From an uncultured Syntrophaceae bacterium (GTDB lineage: Bacteria; Desulfobacterota; BSN033; UBA1163), in NCBI GenBank assembly GCA_964517975.1, contig CAZFDM010000242.1, positions 143 through 64,142 of the forward strand: a DNA stretch of 64,000 bases. Reading direction: 5' to 3'. Under the pieces are notes generated by a model. The model was not told the origin of the DNA and did no database searches. It was given only the letters and a program-made list of their open reading frames with translations. The position numbers and the translations under genes were made by a program. Of the stretch, positions 38,414 to 49,224 are shown in pieces. The stretch's first letter is position 1. Every line of letters starts with the position of its first letter.

Positions 38414-39222
38414 TTAGGCTTCAAATCCTCTAACTTGGGTGGAACCCAATCCTCGGGGATACAACATCCCAACGGTTTGAGCAATTCTTCATGTAAAACT
38501 ACATGACCTGTTTGTGTATCCACAAAGACAGCCCATCCACCAACGACTGAAGCTGGATGGAGAGCTTCCTGGGGGAAAAAATTAAAGGCATATACTCGAT
38601 AATAGTCAATCGAACTTTTCTTTTTAACAGGATAGATGAGGACACTTTCAGCCAGAAGGATACATCTTAGTTTTTTAAAATCTTTAATTTGTGCCTGGCC
38701 AATCCTCAGTGCTTCCTCATGGCTTACCTTAGAGGTAAGCGGTGCTTTGACATGGGGATAAAGCAAGGCACCAAGAGATTTTATTCGTCCTTGAGAATCT
38801 ATAGAGTATCCAAGTGAAGATTCATAAATAATTATGCCATGAAAGGTTTGCCAGTAACTCACATACCAGGTATCGGATATTTTCTCAGCTCCTTTAAGCC
38901 TTAATTGGTCAGGTTCAATTTGGAGTAAGGATTTATATTTATTGACAAGAAGAGGACCAGTATGGGTAATCTCTTTTCGTGATAATTTTGAAATATTTCT
39001 TATCTCAAGGAGGTTTGATTCTATTGCACGAATGACCAAAGGAGATTTAGTAAGGGAATCCCATTGGATAGATAGTTTTTGGCCTTTAAAATTAAGGAGT
39101 TGATCGCCTGGTCTTCCCTGGCCCCATAATTCAAGAGTTTTAAGAAATATAAGTAGGGAAAGAAAAACTGTTAGGATCAGGGGAAAATACTTGGCTATTT
39201 GTGAAATCCTCGGGATTAACAA
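38407..39222 (-). CDS. Exported hypothetical protein
   Basis: N-terminal signal/anchor; no family recognised. Confidence 0.35.
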   Translation of the reverse strand: MLIPRISQIAKYFPLILTVFLSLLIFLKTLELWGQGRPGDQLLNFKGQKLSIQWDSLTKSPLVIRAIESNLLEIRNISKLSRKEITHTGPLLVNKYKSLLQIEPDQLRLKGAEKISDTWYVSYWQTFHGIIIYESSLGYSIDSQGRIKSLGALLYPHVKAPLTSKVSHEEALRIGQAQIKDFKKLRCILLAESVLIYPVKKKSSIDYYRVYAFNFFPQEALHPASVVGGWAVFVDTQTGHVVLHEELLKPLGCCIPEDWVPPKLEDLKPKW

Positions 39223-39224
39223 AT

Positions 39225-39926
39225 TTATACCTTGACACTTAAATAACGCTCCTGAATATCGATTGCCTTTTCCAGGGCAGAAGGGGTTCCTTCGTAAACA
39301 ACCGACCCTTTTTCCATAATATAGACGTTTTGGCAGATATCCTTAATGGCCTTCAAATTTTGTTCTACCAAGAGAATCGTAGTCCCTTTTTCATTGATTG
39401 ATTTTACGGTTTGGGCAATCAACTTGACCAATAAAGGCATTAACCCCTCCGTGGGTTCATCCATCAACATTAATTTGGGTTTAGTGATCAGAGCCCTTCC
39501 CACCGCAAGCATTTGCTGTTCGCCACCAGAAAGAGTCCCTGCCTTCTGCTTGAGCCTCTCCTTTAGTCTTGGAAAATATTCAAATATTTCCTCAAGGACT
39601 TTTTTATCTATCTCCCCTTTAACCACTGGAATCTTCAGGTTCTCCATGACAGTAAGTTTAGGAAAGAGATGGCGCCCCTGAGGCATGTAGGAAATCCCCA
39701 TACGAGGAATCTGATAAGGTGGCAATTCTGTTAGGTTTATATCATAAAAATGGACCGTGCCACTTTTCCGAGGAACAAGACCCATAATTGATTTCAGAGT
39801 GGTTGTCTTCCCCACACCATTTCTACCAATCAGGCCGACGAGTCTCCCTTCGTCTACCGTAAGGGAAGTATTGTGCAATACCTGACAATCTCCATAACTA
39901 CAATTGAGATCCCTCATCTTCAACAT
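39225..39926 (-). CDS. livF: Branched-chain amino acid ABC transporter ATP-binding protein (LivF-like)
   Basis: Walker A GRNGVGKTT, LSGGEQQ signature; start taken at MLKMRDLN. Confidence 0.85.
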   Translation of the reverse strand: MLKMRDLNCSYGDCQVLHNTSLTVDEGRLVGLIGRNGVGKTTTLKSIMGLVPRKSGTVHFYDINLTELPPYQIPRMGISYMPQGRHLFPKLTVMENLKIPVVKGEIDKKVLEEIFEYFPRLKERLKQKAGTLSGGEQQMLAVGRALITKPKLMLMDEPTEGLMPLLVKLIAQTVKSINEKGTTILLVEQNLKAIKDICQNVYIMEKGSVVYEGTPSALEKAIDIQERYLSVKV

Positions 39927-39927
39927 C

Positions 39928-40677
39928 TTATGTCCCCAAATATACTTTTTTGACCTCTTCGTTTTTTTTAATCTCCTCCGGAGGTCCCTCTGCAATGATG
40001 GAGCCATAATGGAGTACAGAAATATTGTCTGCCAACTCCATCACCACTTCCATATCATGCTCCACCAAAATAATGGATTGCCCAGAAAGCATCTCCCTCA
40101 TCTTCCTGACCAGTGCCAGGGATTCCTGACTGTTAAGACCTGCTGTGGGTTCATCAAGTAAAAGTAGATCTGGATCCGTGCTTAAAGCGATCCCCATCTC
40201 GAGGATGCGCTGTTCACCATAGGACAACTCGGAACAGACCAAATGGGCTTTATCCTTCAGTCCTGTCAATTCCAACATGGACTCTGTCCTCTCTTTCACA
40301 TCCTTCCACTTTAATGCATGGACAAATGGGTTGAAGAATCTCTTTCTTGATTGAACGGCAGTCCATATATTCTCATAAACGGTCAAACCAGAAAATAGAC
40401 TTGTGATCTGAAGTGTTCGAGCAATTCCAATATGAGAGATTCGATGTGGGCTGAGATTGGTAATTTCCTCTCCTTTATAGAAGATGTGTCCACTTGTTAC
40501 GGGAAGTGTCCCATTGATCAGGTTGAGTAATGTCGTCTTCCCTGCTCCATTGGGACCGATCAAAGCACGAAGCTCTCCTTTGCTTACAGAAAGATTGACC
40601 TTATTGACTGCTAATAATCCACCAAAAGATTTATTAACCTCTTTTAACTCAAGAATTACTTCACTTGTCTTAGACAA
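39928..40677 (-). CDS. livG: Branched-chain amino acid ABC transporter ATP-binding protein (LivG-like)
   Basis: GPNGAGKTT, LSYGEQR. Confidence 0.85.
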   Translation of the reverse strand: MSKTSEVILELKEVNKSFGGLLAVNKVNLSVSKGELRALIGPNGAGKTTLLNLINGTLPVTSGHIFYKGEEITNLSPHRISHIGIARTLQITSLFSGLTVYENIWTAVQSRKRFFNPFVHALKWKDVKERTESMLELTGLKDKAHLVCSELSYGEQRILEMGIALSTDPDLLLLDEPTAGLNSQESLALVRKMREMLSGQSIILVEHDMEVVMELADNISVLHYGSIIAEGPPEEIKKNEEVKKVYLGT

Positions 40678-40681
40678 TCGT

Positions 40682-41638
40682 TTATCCCCTCTTAACTCTC
40701 AGTCTGAAAAGTCCTATTAATCCCTTAGGAGCCATCAATACCATGATGACCAATACAATCCCTACCACCAGATCGGTGGCCATCAGAATATCAACCAGAT
40801 AATGTTCTAAGGACATGACAATACCAGCCCCTAAGACAGGGCCTATCAAGGTCCCCATCCCTCCAACAATCGTATAAACCACTGCATGTCCTGAAACCGA
40901 CCAGTGAAGATAACCTGCGCAGGCATATTTGAGGGTAATGCTGTAAAGTCCCCCTGCCAAACCACTTAAACCCCCTGCAATAATAAAGGCAATGAGTTTA
41001 TACCGCTGGACATTGTAACCGATGAGACGAGCCCGCTCCTCATTTTCTCTAATGGAGATAAATATTTTTCCTAATGGAGACTGGACCATCCTTCTCAAAA
41101 ATAGAAAGCAGATGGTGACAATCGCTAATACAAAATAGTAGTTACCCTTAATATCTACTAAGTTTATTTGAAATAATCCAAGGCGGAAAGGACGAGGAGA
41201 GAAGGTCAACCCATCCGACCCACCTGTAAAAGAGGTCCAGGTCTCTCCAATGATATTCCCAATAATCGCAAAGATGACGGTAATGATAACAAAATGGATT
41301 CCCGTCAATCTCACTGAAAAATACCCTACAAACCAGGCAAAAAGTATAGGGATGACAATGGAGAGAAGAAGACTCAATTCAGTATTAAAACCATATTTCC
41401 TCACAAGGATTGTAACGGTATAACTCCCTAAACCAAAAAAGAGGGCCTGACCAAAACTTAAAAGCCCAGTGTAGCCAAAGATCAGGTCAAAAGAGATGGC
41501 AAATAAGATCCAAACAAAAAGTTCTGTTAAAAAGGTTTGGTAGAAGCGACTTGCAAAAAATGGAATAATAGCAAACACCAATAAGACAAGTCCAAAGATT
41601 AAGGGGAAACTGATATTTTTTATTCTGGAAAAGGACAT
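40682..41638 (-). CDS. livM: Branched-chain amino acid ABC transporter permease (LivM-like)
   Basis: 318-aa polytopic permease. Confidence 0.85.
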   Translation of the reverse strand: MSFSRIKNISFPLIFGLVLLVFAIIPFFASRFYQTFLTELFVWILFAISFDLIFGYTGLLSFGQALFFGLGSYTVTILVRKYGFNTELSLLLSIVIPILFAWFVGYFSVRLTGIHFVIITVIFAIIGNIIGETWTSFTGGSDGLTFSPRPFRLGLFQINLVDIKGNYYFVLAIVTICFLFLRRMVQSPLGKIFISIRENEERARLIGYNVQRYKLIAFIIAGGLSGLAGGLYSITLKYACAGYLHWSVSGHAVVYTIVGGMGTLIGPVLGAGIVMSLEHYLVDILMATDLVVGIVLVIMVLMAPKGLIGLFRLRVKRG

Positions 41639-41651
41639 GCTCTATTCTACC

Positions 41652-42503
41652 TTATTCTCCAAATAACCCCTGGGGCTTTACCAATAAGACAATGATCATA
41701 AATGCCATAGCGAAGACTGTAGCAATCGAAGGAGGAACAAAGAGAGCTCCAACCCCCTGGATCAAAGAGATCATAATTGCAGCAAGCACAGAACCTTCGA
41801 GATTCCCCATCCCTCCCACAATGACGATAATAAAGGCCATGATCAGAACCTCACGACCCATCATAAATTCAACAGACACAATGGGAGCTGCCAATATCCC
41901 TGAAAAGGCAGCCAAGGCAGAGCCCAGAACAAAAGTCCACATATAGACTTTATTCACTGGAATTCCTAAGCCCACAGCCATCTCTCGATCTTGGACGACA
42001 GCCCTTATCCAGAGTCCATACTTCGTTTTTCTTAGAAAAAACCATAGACCAATCATCATTGCAATAGAGATTAAAGCAATGACAATTCGTATGGAGGGAT
42101 ATTGTAAATCGAAGATCGGGAAACGATAGGTGATAGGTGGAGAGATCCTTCTCGGTGAACCCCCAAAGATAATCAAGACCAGATGTTGGATGGTAAGCAT
42201 GATCCCAAAAGTGCAGATAATTGTTGTGATGGGTTTATCTTCAATCGTCCTAATCAAACCTCTTTCTATAATTAGACCGATTAGACCAACAAAGAGGGGG
42301 GCGATGATTAAGGCGATCCAAAAACTTCCCGTAAACTCAATTAAATACCAGGCCACTACAGCCCCTAACATATAGAGAGCTCCGTGGGCCATGTTAATGA
42401 TATGAAGGAGGCCGCAGATCATGTTTAACCCCAGGGCGATAAGGGCCATGATCAACCCCCAAACAATTCCATTCAAAATGGCAACTGTCAATTGGGAAAG
42501 CAC
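41652..42503 (-). CDS. livH: Branched-chain amino acid ABC transporter permease (LivH-like)
   Basis: 283-aa polytopic permease. Confidence 0.85.
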   Translation of the reverse strand: MLSQLTVAILNGIVWGLIMALIALGLNMICGLLHIINMAHGALYMLGAVVAWYLIEFTGSFWIALIIAPLFVGLIGLIIERGLIRTIEDKPITTIICTFGIMLTIQHLVLIIFGGSPRRISPPITYRFPIFDLQYPSIRIVIALISIAMMIGLWFFLRKTKYGLWIRAVVQDREMAVGLGIPVNKVYMWTFVLGSALAAFSGILAAPIVSVEFMMGREVLIMAFIIVIVGGMGNLEGSVLAAIMISLIQGVGALFVPPSIATVFAMAFMIIVLLVKPQGLFGE

Positions 42504-42651
42504 AAATCTTATCCTGTTGCAGTGTAGTAAATTTTTGTCATGTCAAACCCGATCTTTAATCGGGATAAACTCCAAAATAGATCCAGACCATACCCCTTTG
42601 CTCTTCCTCTCTCTCCCTAAGGAGAGGGGGTGAGGGATTAATTTTGAAATA

Positions 42652-42677
42652 GATCCCTTCCCCGAAGGGAAGGGATC
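42652..42677 (-). terminator. Strong hairpin just 3' of the substrate-binding-protein gene (intra-operon terminator or attenuator)
   Basis: gatcccttccc-cgaa-gggaagggatc perfect 11-bp stem, followed on the transcript by a U-rich stretch; a second ctctcc/ggagag hairpin at 42611-42626. Confidence 0.45.
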
Positions 42678-42695
42678 TTAGATACAAATATCTTT

Positions 42696-44018
42696 CTAAT
42701 AGGCTGCCTTTCTCAAATCAACTTCTGGTTCGTAGATCACCTTCTCTTTTGGGATACGCTGGAGGACCTTGAGTTTGAGATCAGGCTGTACCTGTGAAAT
42801 ATAAAAGTCTGAGAAACCTTGATGGTCTTCTTCCCTCATTAGTACTCCACCACCCAATGGGCACCATGGTCCTGGTTTTAAATTTAAACTACATATGGCC
42901 TTAATGAGGTCGGCATTCTTTTTCTTGTCCTTCCAACCCGTCTGCTCAATTCCCAACTTTATCATATAAGGATAGATCCACATCGAAAACATGTGGGAGC
43001 CTGCAATGGTCACTTTGGGATTCCCAATTTCTTTTCCATCAGCATCTACGCCACAGGCCTTTCGGTAAGCAATCTCATAAGGGTGTAGTTCTTTAGGAAC
43101 CTGGTCTAAGTGTCGTGGATGATATTCGATATAGTAGGCTCCAATGGATTCCTTTCCAACAACCTCCTGGCCAATTCCCTCTGTGCAGCAGATTACAGTA
43201 TACCTCTGAAGACGTTTATGAAGTCCTATCTCAACGGTCTGCCTCAGAACTCCCAATGCAGCAGAGCCTAAGAAGGCAGTAAATAGCACCTGGGTATCAG
43301 GGTCGACTTTCTGTAAATAGGGAATGAAATCTGCAGTGGCAGGTGGAGCCATAATATTTTGGACCTTTCCACCGGCAGCCACGACCCGGCTACCAAATTC
43401 TTTTGCCAGAGAGTGACCCCAGGCATAATCAGCAACCAGGAAAGTCCATTTCTTCCCGAGATTATCAAAACCAAATTTCCAACCCGCTATGGCTTGAGAT
43501 TTAGCATGGGAATGACAACGGATATAATAGGGAATGGCGTCTTTCCCAGTAAATTCATAAGTCATGGCTCCACCGCTGAAGAACGGGACTTTATACTCCA
43601 CGGCAAGAGGAAAACAGGCTTTATGGACTCCTGAATGGATTGAGCCCATAATAAAATCCACATTGTCTTCAAGGATCATTTTTTTAAACATGCTTGCCGC
43701 CCATTTCGGGTCGCATTTCGTATCATAATCAACCAGTTCAACTTTTCTTCCAGCGATCCCTCCCTCAGCATTTAATTTTGCTATGGCTGCCTTTCCCACC
43801 TTTCCTAACCAGTATCCATATTCGGTAGCAAAGACCGTATATTCGTTAAACATCCCAATCTTAATTGGGGGCTCAGCACCATAGGTAAATGGAACGGTCA
43901 ACCATGAACTGAGGCCCGCCCCTGCTACGCCCAGTGCAGTGGTTTTAATAAAATCACGACGTGAGACTTCTTTGTTTAAAATCCCCTTATTCTTCTTTTT
44001 TGTTTTTTTTGTTTCCAT
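42696..44018 (-). CDS. ABC transporter substrate-binding protein (LivK/amide family) with TAT-type signal
   Basis: RRDFIKTTALGVAGAG twin-arginine signal; type I periplasmic binding fold, 440 aa. Confidence 0.85.
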   Translation of the reverse strand: METKKTKKKNKGILNKEVSRRDFIKTTALGVAGAGLSSWLTVPFTYGAEPPIKIGMFNEYTVFATEYGYWLGKVGKAAIAKLNAEGGIAGRKVELVDYDTKCDPKWAASMFKKMILEDNVDFIMGSIHSGVHKACFPLAVEYKVPFFSGGAMTYEFTGKDAIPYYIRCHSHAKSQAIAGWKFGFDNLGKKWTFLVADYAWGHSLAKEFGSRVVAAGGKVQNIMAPPATADFIPYLQKVDPDTQVLFTAFLGSAALGVLRQTVEIGLHKRLQRYTVICCTEGIGQEVVGKESIGAYYIEYHPRHLDQVPKELHPYEIAYRKACGVDADGKEIGNPKVTIAGSHMFSMWIYPYMIKLGIEQTGWKDKKKNADLIKAICSLNLKPGPWCPLGGGVLMREEDHQGFSDFYISQVQPDLKLKVLQRIPKEKVIYEPEVDLRKAAY

Positions 44019-44132
44019 ATTCCCCTCCCAATTAATGTGATTGGTTAAACGTTAAACCATTAACCTCTCCCACCTTTAAAATCCCTTTTCACCTCCTTTC
44101 AATTAATTTCTTTTCAATTAAGAAACCTTTCC

Positions 44133-45443
44133 CTACAAAACCTTATCGATTAACTCCGTCAGGTCATAAAGTTTCATTTTGCTTCCAATCCCCTGGGATC
44201 CCTGGTTGAGATTGTAATGGCAGAATGGACAGATGGAAACCATATGCTCTGCGCCCGTTTCCATTCCCTCTTGTATTCGGAGGCCAGCATTTCTTTGAGC
44301 CCAGTCACTATATCCGGTCATAACGCCTCCTCCTCCCCCACAACAATATGAATTGGACTTTATCCTTCTCATCTCCCGAAAATCAATCCCTGGAATTGCC
44401 TTCAAAAGTTGCCTTGGAACCTCGTAGAGGCAATCCTTTTCATCCAGATTGATATAAGCCCCTGCCCAAAGTTGAGTCCCATCCTTGTCAATGATAAATT
44501 TGGTCAGGTGCCGGCCAGCGTGACAGGGATCATGATAGGTTACTTTCCAGGGTAAGGATTCTGAGAATTTTAACTGTCCAGTAGTCCATAGTTCGTATAG
44601 AAATTGTACGGTATGGATAACCCGAATCCCTTCCATCATCCTTCCATATTCTTCTGCCATTGGATAATCTTTCATAAATGCCCGATAGCAACCTGCACAA
44701 GAGGTCACAATGGTTTTAACCCCTTTTTCTTCATGTAACTTCCTAAACAATTCTAAGTTTGATTCAGCGACTCTTTTAAAAGCCTCTACATCTCCAAGTC
44801 TCATCGCTGTTGACCCACAACAGATCTCGCTTTCTCCTAAGATACCAAAGTCGAGTCCTAATTTTTGGAAGATGGATGCTGTGGCTTGAGGGACCACCCT
44901 TACCGGAACATTGTATCCCCCCGTACACCCAACGTAATATAAAATTGGAGCGGGTTCTTCCAGGATATTCTTGATGGGTTTGCCCTGTTTTTTGAAGGGT
45001 CTTGTCCAATCTAACCTCACTCGACGTGGCCCCTGATAAGGATTATCGTAACTACTCAGCGATTGAGCAATGACCTTTTGTTTGGGCATGGGACCTACCC
45101 CCTCACTCACTGCTCTTCGCCTCATTGCTTCGATAATCTCAGGAATGAAGGGTTTGTGGTCGAGCTGACACTGGCTTTGGCATCCACCACAGACATTGCA
45201 TTTATAAATTGCATCAAGGAGCGCTTCAGTCCATTTCAACTCCCCATTTAAAATCCCTCGAGCAAAAGCGATCTTTCCTTTCGAAGAGGAAAACCCTTCA
45301 AAACCAAATTCTTCCCCAGCAGGACAGATGGGATTGCTCACAGAGGGGGGACCGTATTCGTATGCCTCTTTGCAGGTCCCACAGGCGGTGCATCTCCAGA
45401 TAGCATCTTCTAATTCTTTAAGGTTGGGAATGTTCCATTTCAT
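44133..45443 (-). CDS. Fe-S oxidoreductase with two 4Fe-4S motifs and two CCG domains (GlcF/LutA/HdrD-like)
   Basis: CTACGTCKEAY, CNVCGGCQSQC, ICCG, YCCGGGGG. Confidence 0.8.
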   Translation of the reverse strand: MKWNIPNLKELEDAIWRCTACGTCKEAYEYGPPSVSNPICPAGEEFGFEGFSSSKGKIAFARGILNGELKWTEALLDAIYKCNVCGGCQSQCQLDHKPFIPEIIEAMRRRAVSEGVGPMPKQKVIAQSLSSYDNPYQGPRRVRLDWTRPFKKQGKPIKNILEEPAPILYYVGCTGGYNVPVRVVPQATASIFQKLGLDFGILGESEICCGSTAMRLGDVEAFKRVAESNLELFRKLHEEKGVKTIVTSCAGCYRAFMKDYPMAEEYGRMMEGIRVIHTVQFLYELWTTGQLKFSESLPWKVTYHDPCHAGRHLTKFIIDKDGTQLWAGAYINLDEKDCLYEVPRQLLKAIPGIDFREMRRIKSNSYCCGGGGGVMTGYSDWAQRNAGLRIQEGMETGAEHMVSICPFCHYNLNQGSQGIGSKMKLYDLTELIDKVL

Positions 45444-45592
45444 ATTAACCTCCTATAACTTAAGTCGCGGAATGATGGAATGATGGAACGGTAGGCTAAC
45501 CTTCCCATACCAGATTTCCATTATTCTGATTTTCCATTTCCGTCTTTTTCATAAATCCATTCTTCCAATGTTCCATTATTCCATTCTTCCTC

Positions 45593-47110
45593 TTAAATAC
45601 CTAACTTTCCAGGATTCATGATATCATTTGGATCTAAAAACTTTTTTAGCCGTCTCATCAGCATCAGGTATCCAGGATGTGCCCGCTTATTAATCTCCAC
45701 TGCAAAGTCAACAGGGGGTTTATAGGGCATCCCACCATTGTCCAAATCTACTTTTAAACACTCGACAATCGCACGCCTTGCATTCTCCGTCTCCTCAGGG
45801 CTCTTTTTGTTGAAAGGGGTCATAGCCCTTAGCATTCCATAATGGACACCCCGGTACATGCTCATTCTCACAGCAGGAGAGAGATTGTGATTGATCATGA
45901 TCTTTTTCCACTCCTTATAAATGGGAGCCCATCGGTTTGCAGGTGTAAAGGTCCCTGGCCAGGAGATTCCCGCCCCTGCCATTTTACAATAGTTTTTGGT
46001 CGAACCCACGATCTGACTTGGCAATTCTGTTCGAGCCCTGAGGGCCTCTTCGGGATAATGGGTCACCTTGATGCTTGTTCCCTTATTTTTCTCTTCATCC
46101 ACCACCTTTTCCCAGATCTCCTGCCTTGCCTCCTTCTCCTTTTCTGTAAAGGAGAAAGTGGTGGCATAACTGAACCATTCCGGTGCGTCATCGGGCTTGG
46201 GCTTGTAAGGATAGGGAATGGGAACCTGAGACAGCCACCAGGATACAGCGGTGAGATCATCACAGATCTCATAATTACTGAGGTTGAGCATATAGGAATA
46301 CATATCATCCACATTATCACAGGAAACTGTGAAGATTTTTAGGATCGGTGGGATATGATGAACAGCAATTCCAAGTTTGGTCACAACGCCTGTTGTTCCC
46401 AACCAGCCCTTAAAGAGACCATCCATCTGAGGCATTGGCAAACAACTATGCCAGGCCTCTGGGTTAATAGCGCAGGAACCAACGCGAACCAGCTCACCAG
46501 TTGGCAAGACCACCTCCATACTTGTGATCTCCTGGCTATTGAGTCCATATCGGGCATTCATATGTCCGATTCCATGGCATATCGCACATGAAGCCACCGA
46601 GGCAGAGGGTGGGCCTACTGGCCAACCGAATCGGAGTTTATACCTGTATAAAGCATCAGCGAGTTGACCATGGGAAACACCCGGTTCAATTACCGCATAT
46701 AAGGCCTCGGGATCGATCTTGATGATCTTATTCATCCTTTTTAAATCTAAGATTATTCCACCTCGTTCAGGGATGCAAAGCCCACCAATGTTCGTCCCTG
46801 CGGTATATGGTACCACTGGAATCTTCTCCTTATTAGCAAATCGGAGTAGTTTCTGAATCTCTTCCACGGTATGTGCCATGACCACATAATCGGGGAGTTT
46901 GGGTGTGACAAAGGACATATCATAGGAATATGCATAGAGGATGTGCTGATCTGCTGTGGCATTCTTTTCACCAACAATTGACCTCAATTCCTTTAAGATC
47001 CTCTCCTTCTTCTCCGATTTGATCGCTTTTGGCGATTTGACTGTTTTCTTCTTGGCTTTTTTTGTTGCTTTCAATTTAGACCTCCTTTCCAGAGAACCAT
47101 CATAGAACAA
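45593..47110 (-). CDS. FAD-linked oxidase (GlcD/D-lactate dehydrogenase-like) with Lys-rich N-terminal tail
   Basis: FAD_binding_4 pattern (IPVVPYTAGTNIGG). Confidence 0.8.
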   Translation of the reverse strand: MFYDGSLERRSKLKATKKAKKKTVKSPKAIKSEKKERILKELRSIVGEKNATADQHILYAYSYDMSFVTPKLPDYVVMAHTVEEIQKLLRFANKEKIPVVPYTAGTNIGGLCIPERGGIILDLKRMNKIIKIDPEALYAVIEPGVSHGQLADALYRYKLRFGWPVGPPSASVASCAICHGIGHMNARYGLNSQEITSMEVVLPTGELVRVGSCAINPEAWHSCLPMPQMDGLFKGWLGTTGVVTKLGIAVHHIPPILKIFTVSCDNVDDMYSYMLNLSNYEICDDLTAVSWWLSQVPIPYPYKPKPDDAPEWFSYATTFSFTEKEKEARQEIWEKVVDEEKNKGTSIKVTHYPEEALRARTELPSQIVGSTKNYCKMAGAGISWPGTFTPANRWAPIYKEWKKIMINHNLSPAVRMSMYRGVHYGMLRAMTPFNKKSPEETENARRAIVECLKVDLDNGGMPYKPPVDFAVEINKRAHPGYLMLMRRLKKFLDPNDIMNPGKLGI

Positions 47111-47176
47111 CAGGATTTAAAAATCAATTTTTAAGGTTCCCCAGTTTTTTAAAAATTCATTTTCAAAAAAATCCCT

Positions 47177-48214
47177 TTAGTTAAGTTTTCCATATTTTTG
47201 GGCAGCCTTTATCAAGGTTTCCATATTTTCCTTTGGTACGACGGGCCAGAGGTCACATCCTGGCCAGATGGCATTGACACCTCCCTCCACTGCCTCTTTC
47301 ACTGCCCTTTCTACATCTTGGGGCTTACCTTGGGTTAACACACCAAAGGGATCGATTTCTCCAAAGATCAATACCTCTGGACCCAATTTTTCCCTACTCT
47401 CGGCCACTCTGTTCTTCTTCTCCACACTGATCGCATCTGCTCCGCATAGGGCCATCTGGTCGATGATTGCATTGGTATCGCCACAGATATGCAGGATCTT
47501 AGGGGATTCGATTTCATCAAAGATTCGTTTCAGATGGGGTCGGACAAGGGACTCAAACATGCGCGGACTCAGAATATCAGGTCCAGCACCCATCTCTCGG
47601 ACAGTGATATAGTCCGCTCCGGCCTTTTTATAAATCTTTACAATTTGAACAAGAACTTCCGCCAGTTGACCAAGTTTTTGACTCACCAACTCCCTCTTTT
47701 TAAAGGCTGATTTCGCAAGGTTTGAAAGATCGACCAACTGTCCTGCCAAGGTATAAGGTCCCAGAACCCAAGAACCAATGACTATCTGATCGCCAACCTC
47801 CTCCTTCAACAAGCGAATCGCTTCTGTGACTATTGGAAGCCTTCCAGCCTTCTCCAAATCAGGTGGGATTTGGATCTCGAGCCCTTCTATTGTCTCTGAA
47901 GGATGCTCCATAATGGTCGGATAGAGGATATCGGATTGGTGGGCATAGTAATTGACTTTACTCCCCAGGACTTCGGCCTCAACACCCATATCGAAGGGAA
48001 CGACTGCACAGGGAAACCCAAACAGTTGATAGGTTGAGGCAGCCATCTTTGCCATCTTTTGGGCATCCATATGAATCTCTGGAAATTTCCACCCATATTT
48101 TTCCAGGCCATGAATGGTAATATTTCCCATGCCACTGAAGAGGGGAATCATATCTAACTTTTCTTTCCCTAAGAGTTTAAGGACCTGCTGTCTTGGACTT
48201 AAATCGGTTGCCAT
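47177..48214 (-). CDS. Uroporphyrinogen-decarboxylase-like methyltransferase (MtaA/CmuA family)
   Basis: URO-D-fold pattern; C-terminal WPGCDLWPVVPKENMETLIKAA zinc-ligand block; start taken at MATDLSPRQQ. Confidence 0.7.
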   Translation of the reverse strand: MATDLSPRQQVLKLLGKEKLDMIPLFSGMGNITIHGLEKYGWKFPEIHMDAQKMAKMAASTYQLFGFPCAVVPFDMGVEAEVLGSKVNYYAHQSDILYPTIMEHPSETIEGLEIQIPPDLEKAGRLPIVTEAIRLLKEEVGDQIVIGSWVLGPYTLAGQLVDLSNLAKSAFKKRELVSQKLGQLAEVLVQIVKIYKKAGADYITVREMGAGPDILSPRMFESLVRPHLKRIFDEIESPKILHICGDTNAIIDQMALCGADAISVEKKNRVAESREKLGPEVLIFGEIDPFGVLTQGKPQDVERAVKEAVEGGVNAIWPGCDLWPVVPKENMETLIKAAQKYGKLN

Positions 48215-48215
48215 G

Positions 48216-49163
48216 TCATCTTTCTCCTTTTTCTTTTTCAAATTGTTTAACCACATCAGGGAAGAGAAGGTTTAACGGGTGATTCTCATGGGGTAAAACC
48301 CCCGCTTCCCCATAAGCTAGGGCGGCCATCATGCTGCTTGCTGCAGCCACGGCTGAAAAAACCCTAGTTGTACCTGTTAAAGGCCCATAGAAAAGGAAAT
48401 CGCTTGCCAGTGCTGAGATGGCATGGACCCCTGCATCGATCGCTGGGAATTTATTTCTCTCCTTCTCACCTGCTGACTTCCTCCACATATAAGTCCCATT
48501 GGAAGGAGCGAATCCAACTGGAAGACCAAATTCCTTTTTGATAAGATAATTAGCCATTAAAGAAAAGGTAGTGGCAGGTAGATTCATCACAGCAGTATCA
48601 ACGAGTATGCTCTCAAAATTCCCTTTCTCCACAAGAGGAAGCAAGGCCTTCAGGGACTTGACCCTACCAGTGGGCGTCTTATCCTCTATATCGAAGACCT
48701 GAACGACCACATGCTTGATGCCAAGTTCTTTGAGTTCAGAGACCTGACCATTAATATCCTCATCCCAGGGGGTAATGCTATTATAAAGAGCCCTGTTTTG
48801 TAACCCTTTCTTTGCAATATAGCGGGCTCCTGCCAGCCTTGTCTTCTGCTGCCAGATATCAATGGCAAAGGGTATCTCCGTAACGCTAACAAAAAAATCG
48901 ATATAATTTTTTATCTCCTCCTCAGAATTGGCCACCAATGCAATTAGACCAGGAATCCCTGTCTGACGAGAAATCTCTTCCAGTTCATGGATTCGTTCTT
49001 CAGCCACCTTTCGGTTAAACTTTCCAGATTTTCTGTCTTCTAAGATGAGATCTCCTTTTTGAAACATATTTCCAATCAAAAGCGGAGGGTTCTCTCCCAA
49101 CTGACCACCCACTTTTGCTCCACCAATATTGAATACCTTTTGCTCCAAAGAATATCTTAACAT
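48216..49163 (-). CDS. MtrH-like pterin-binding methyltransferase (corrinoid:tetrahydrofolate type)
   Basis: 315-aa TIM-barrel-like MtrH/DHPS family resemblance. Confidence 0.55.
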   Translation of the reverse strand: MLRYSLEQKVFNIGGAKVGGQLGENPPLLIGNMFQKGDLILEDRKSGKFNRKVAEERIHELEEISRQTGIPGLIALVANSEEEIKNYIDFFVSVTEIPFAIDIWQQKTRLAGARYIAKKGLQNRALYNSITPWDEDINGQVSELKELGIKHVVVQVFDIEDKTPTGRVKSLKALLPLVEKGNFESILVDTAVMNLPATTFSLMANYLIKKEFGLPVGFAPSNGTYMWRKSAGEKERNKFPAIDAGVHAISALASDFLFYGPLTGTTRVFSAVAAASSMMAALAYGEAGVLPHENHPLNLLFPDVVKQFEKEKGER

Positions 49164-49224
49164 TAAAAAACCCCTTTCTTCCCATCCTCCCTTCCCCCTT
49201 CAAAAGAGGAGGGAGGATGTATCT

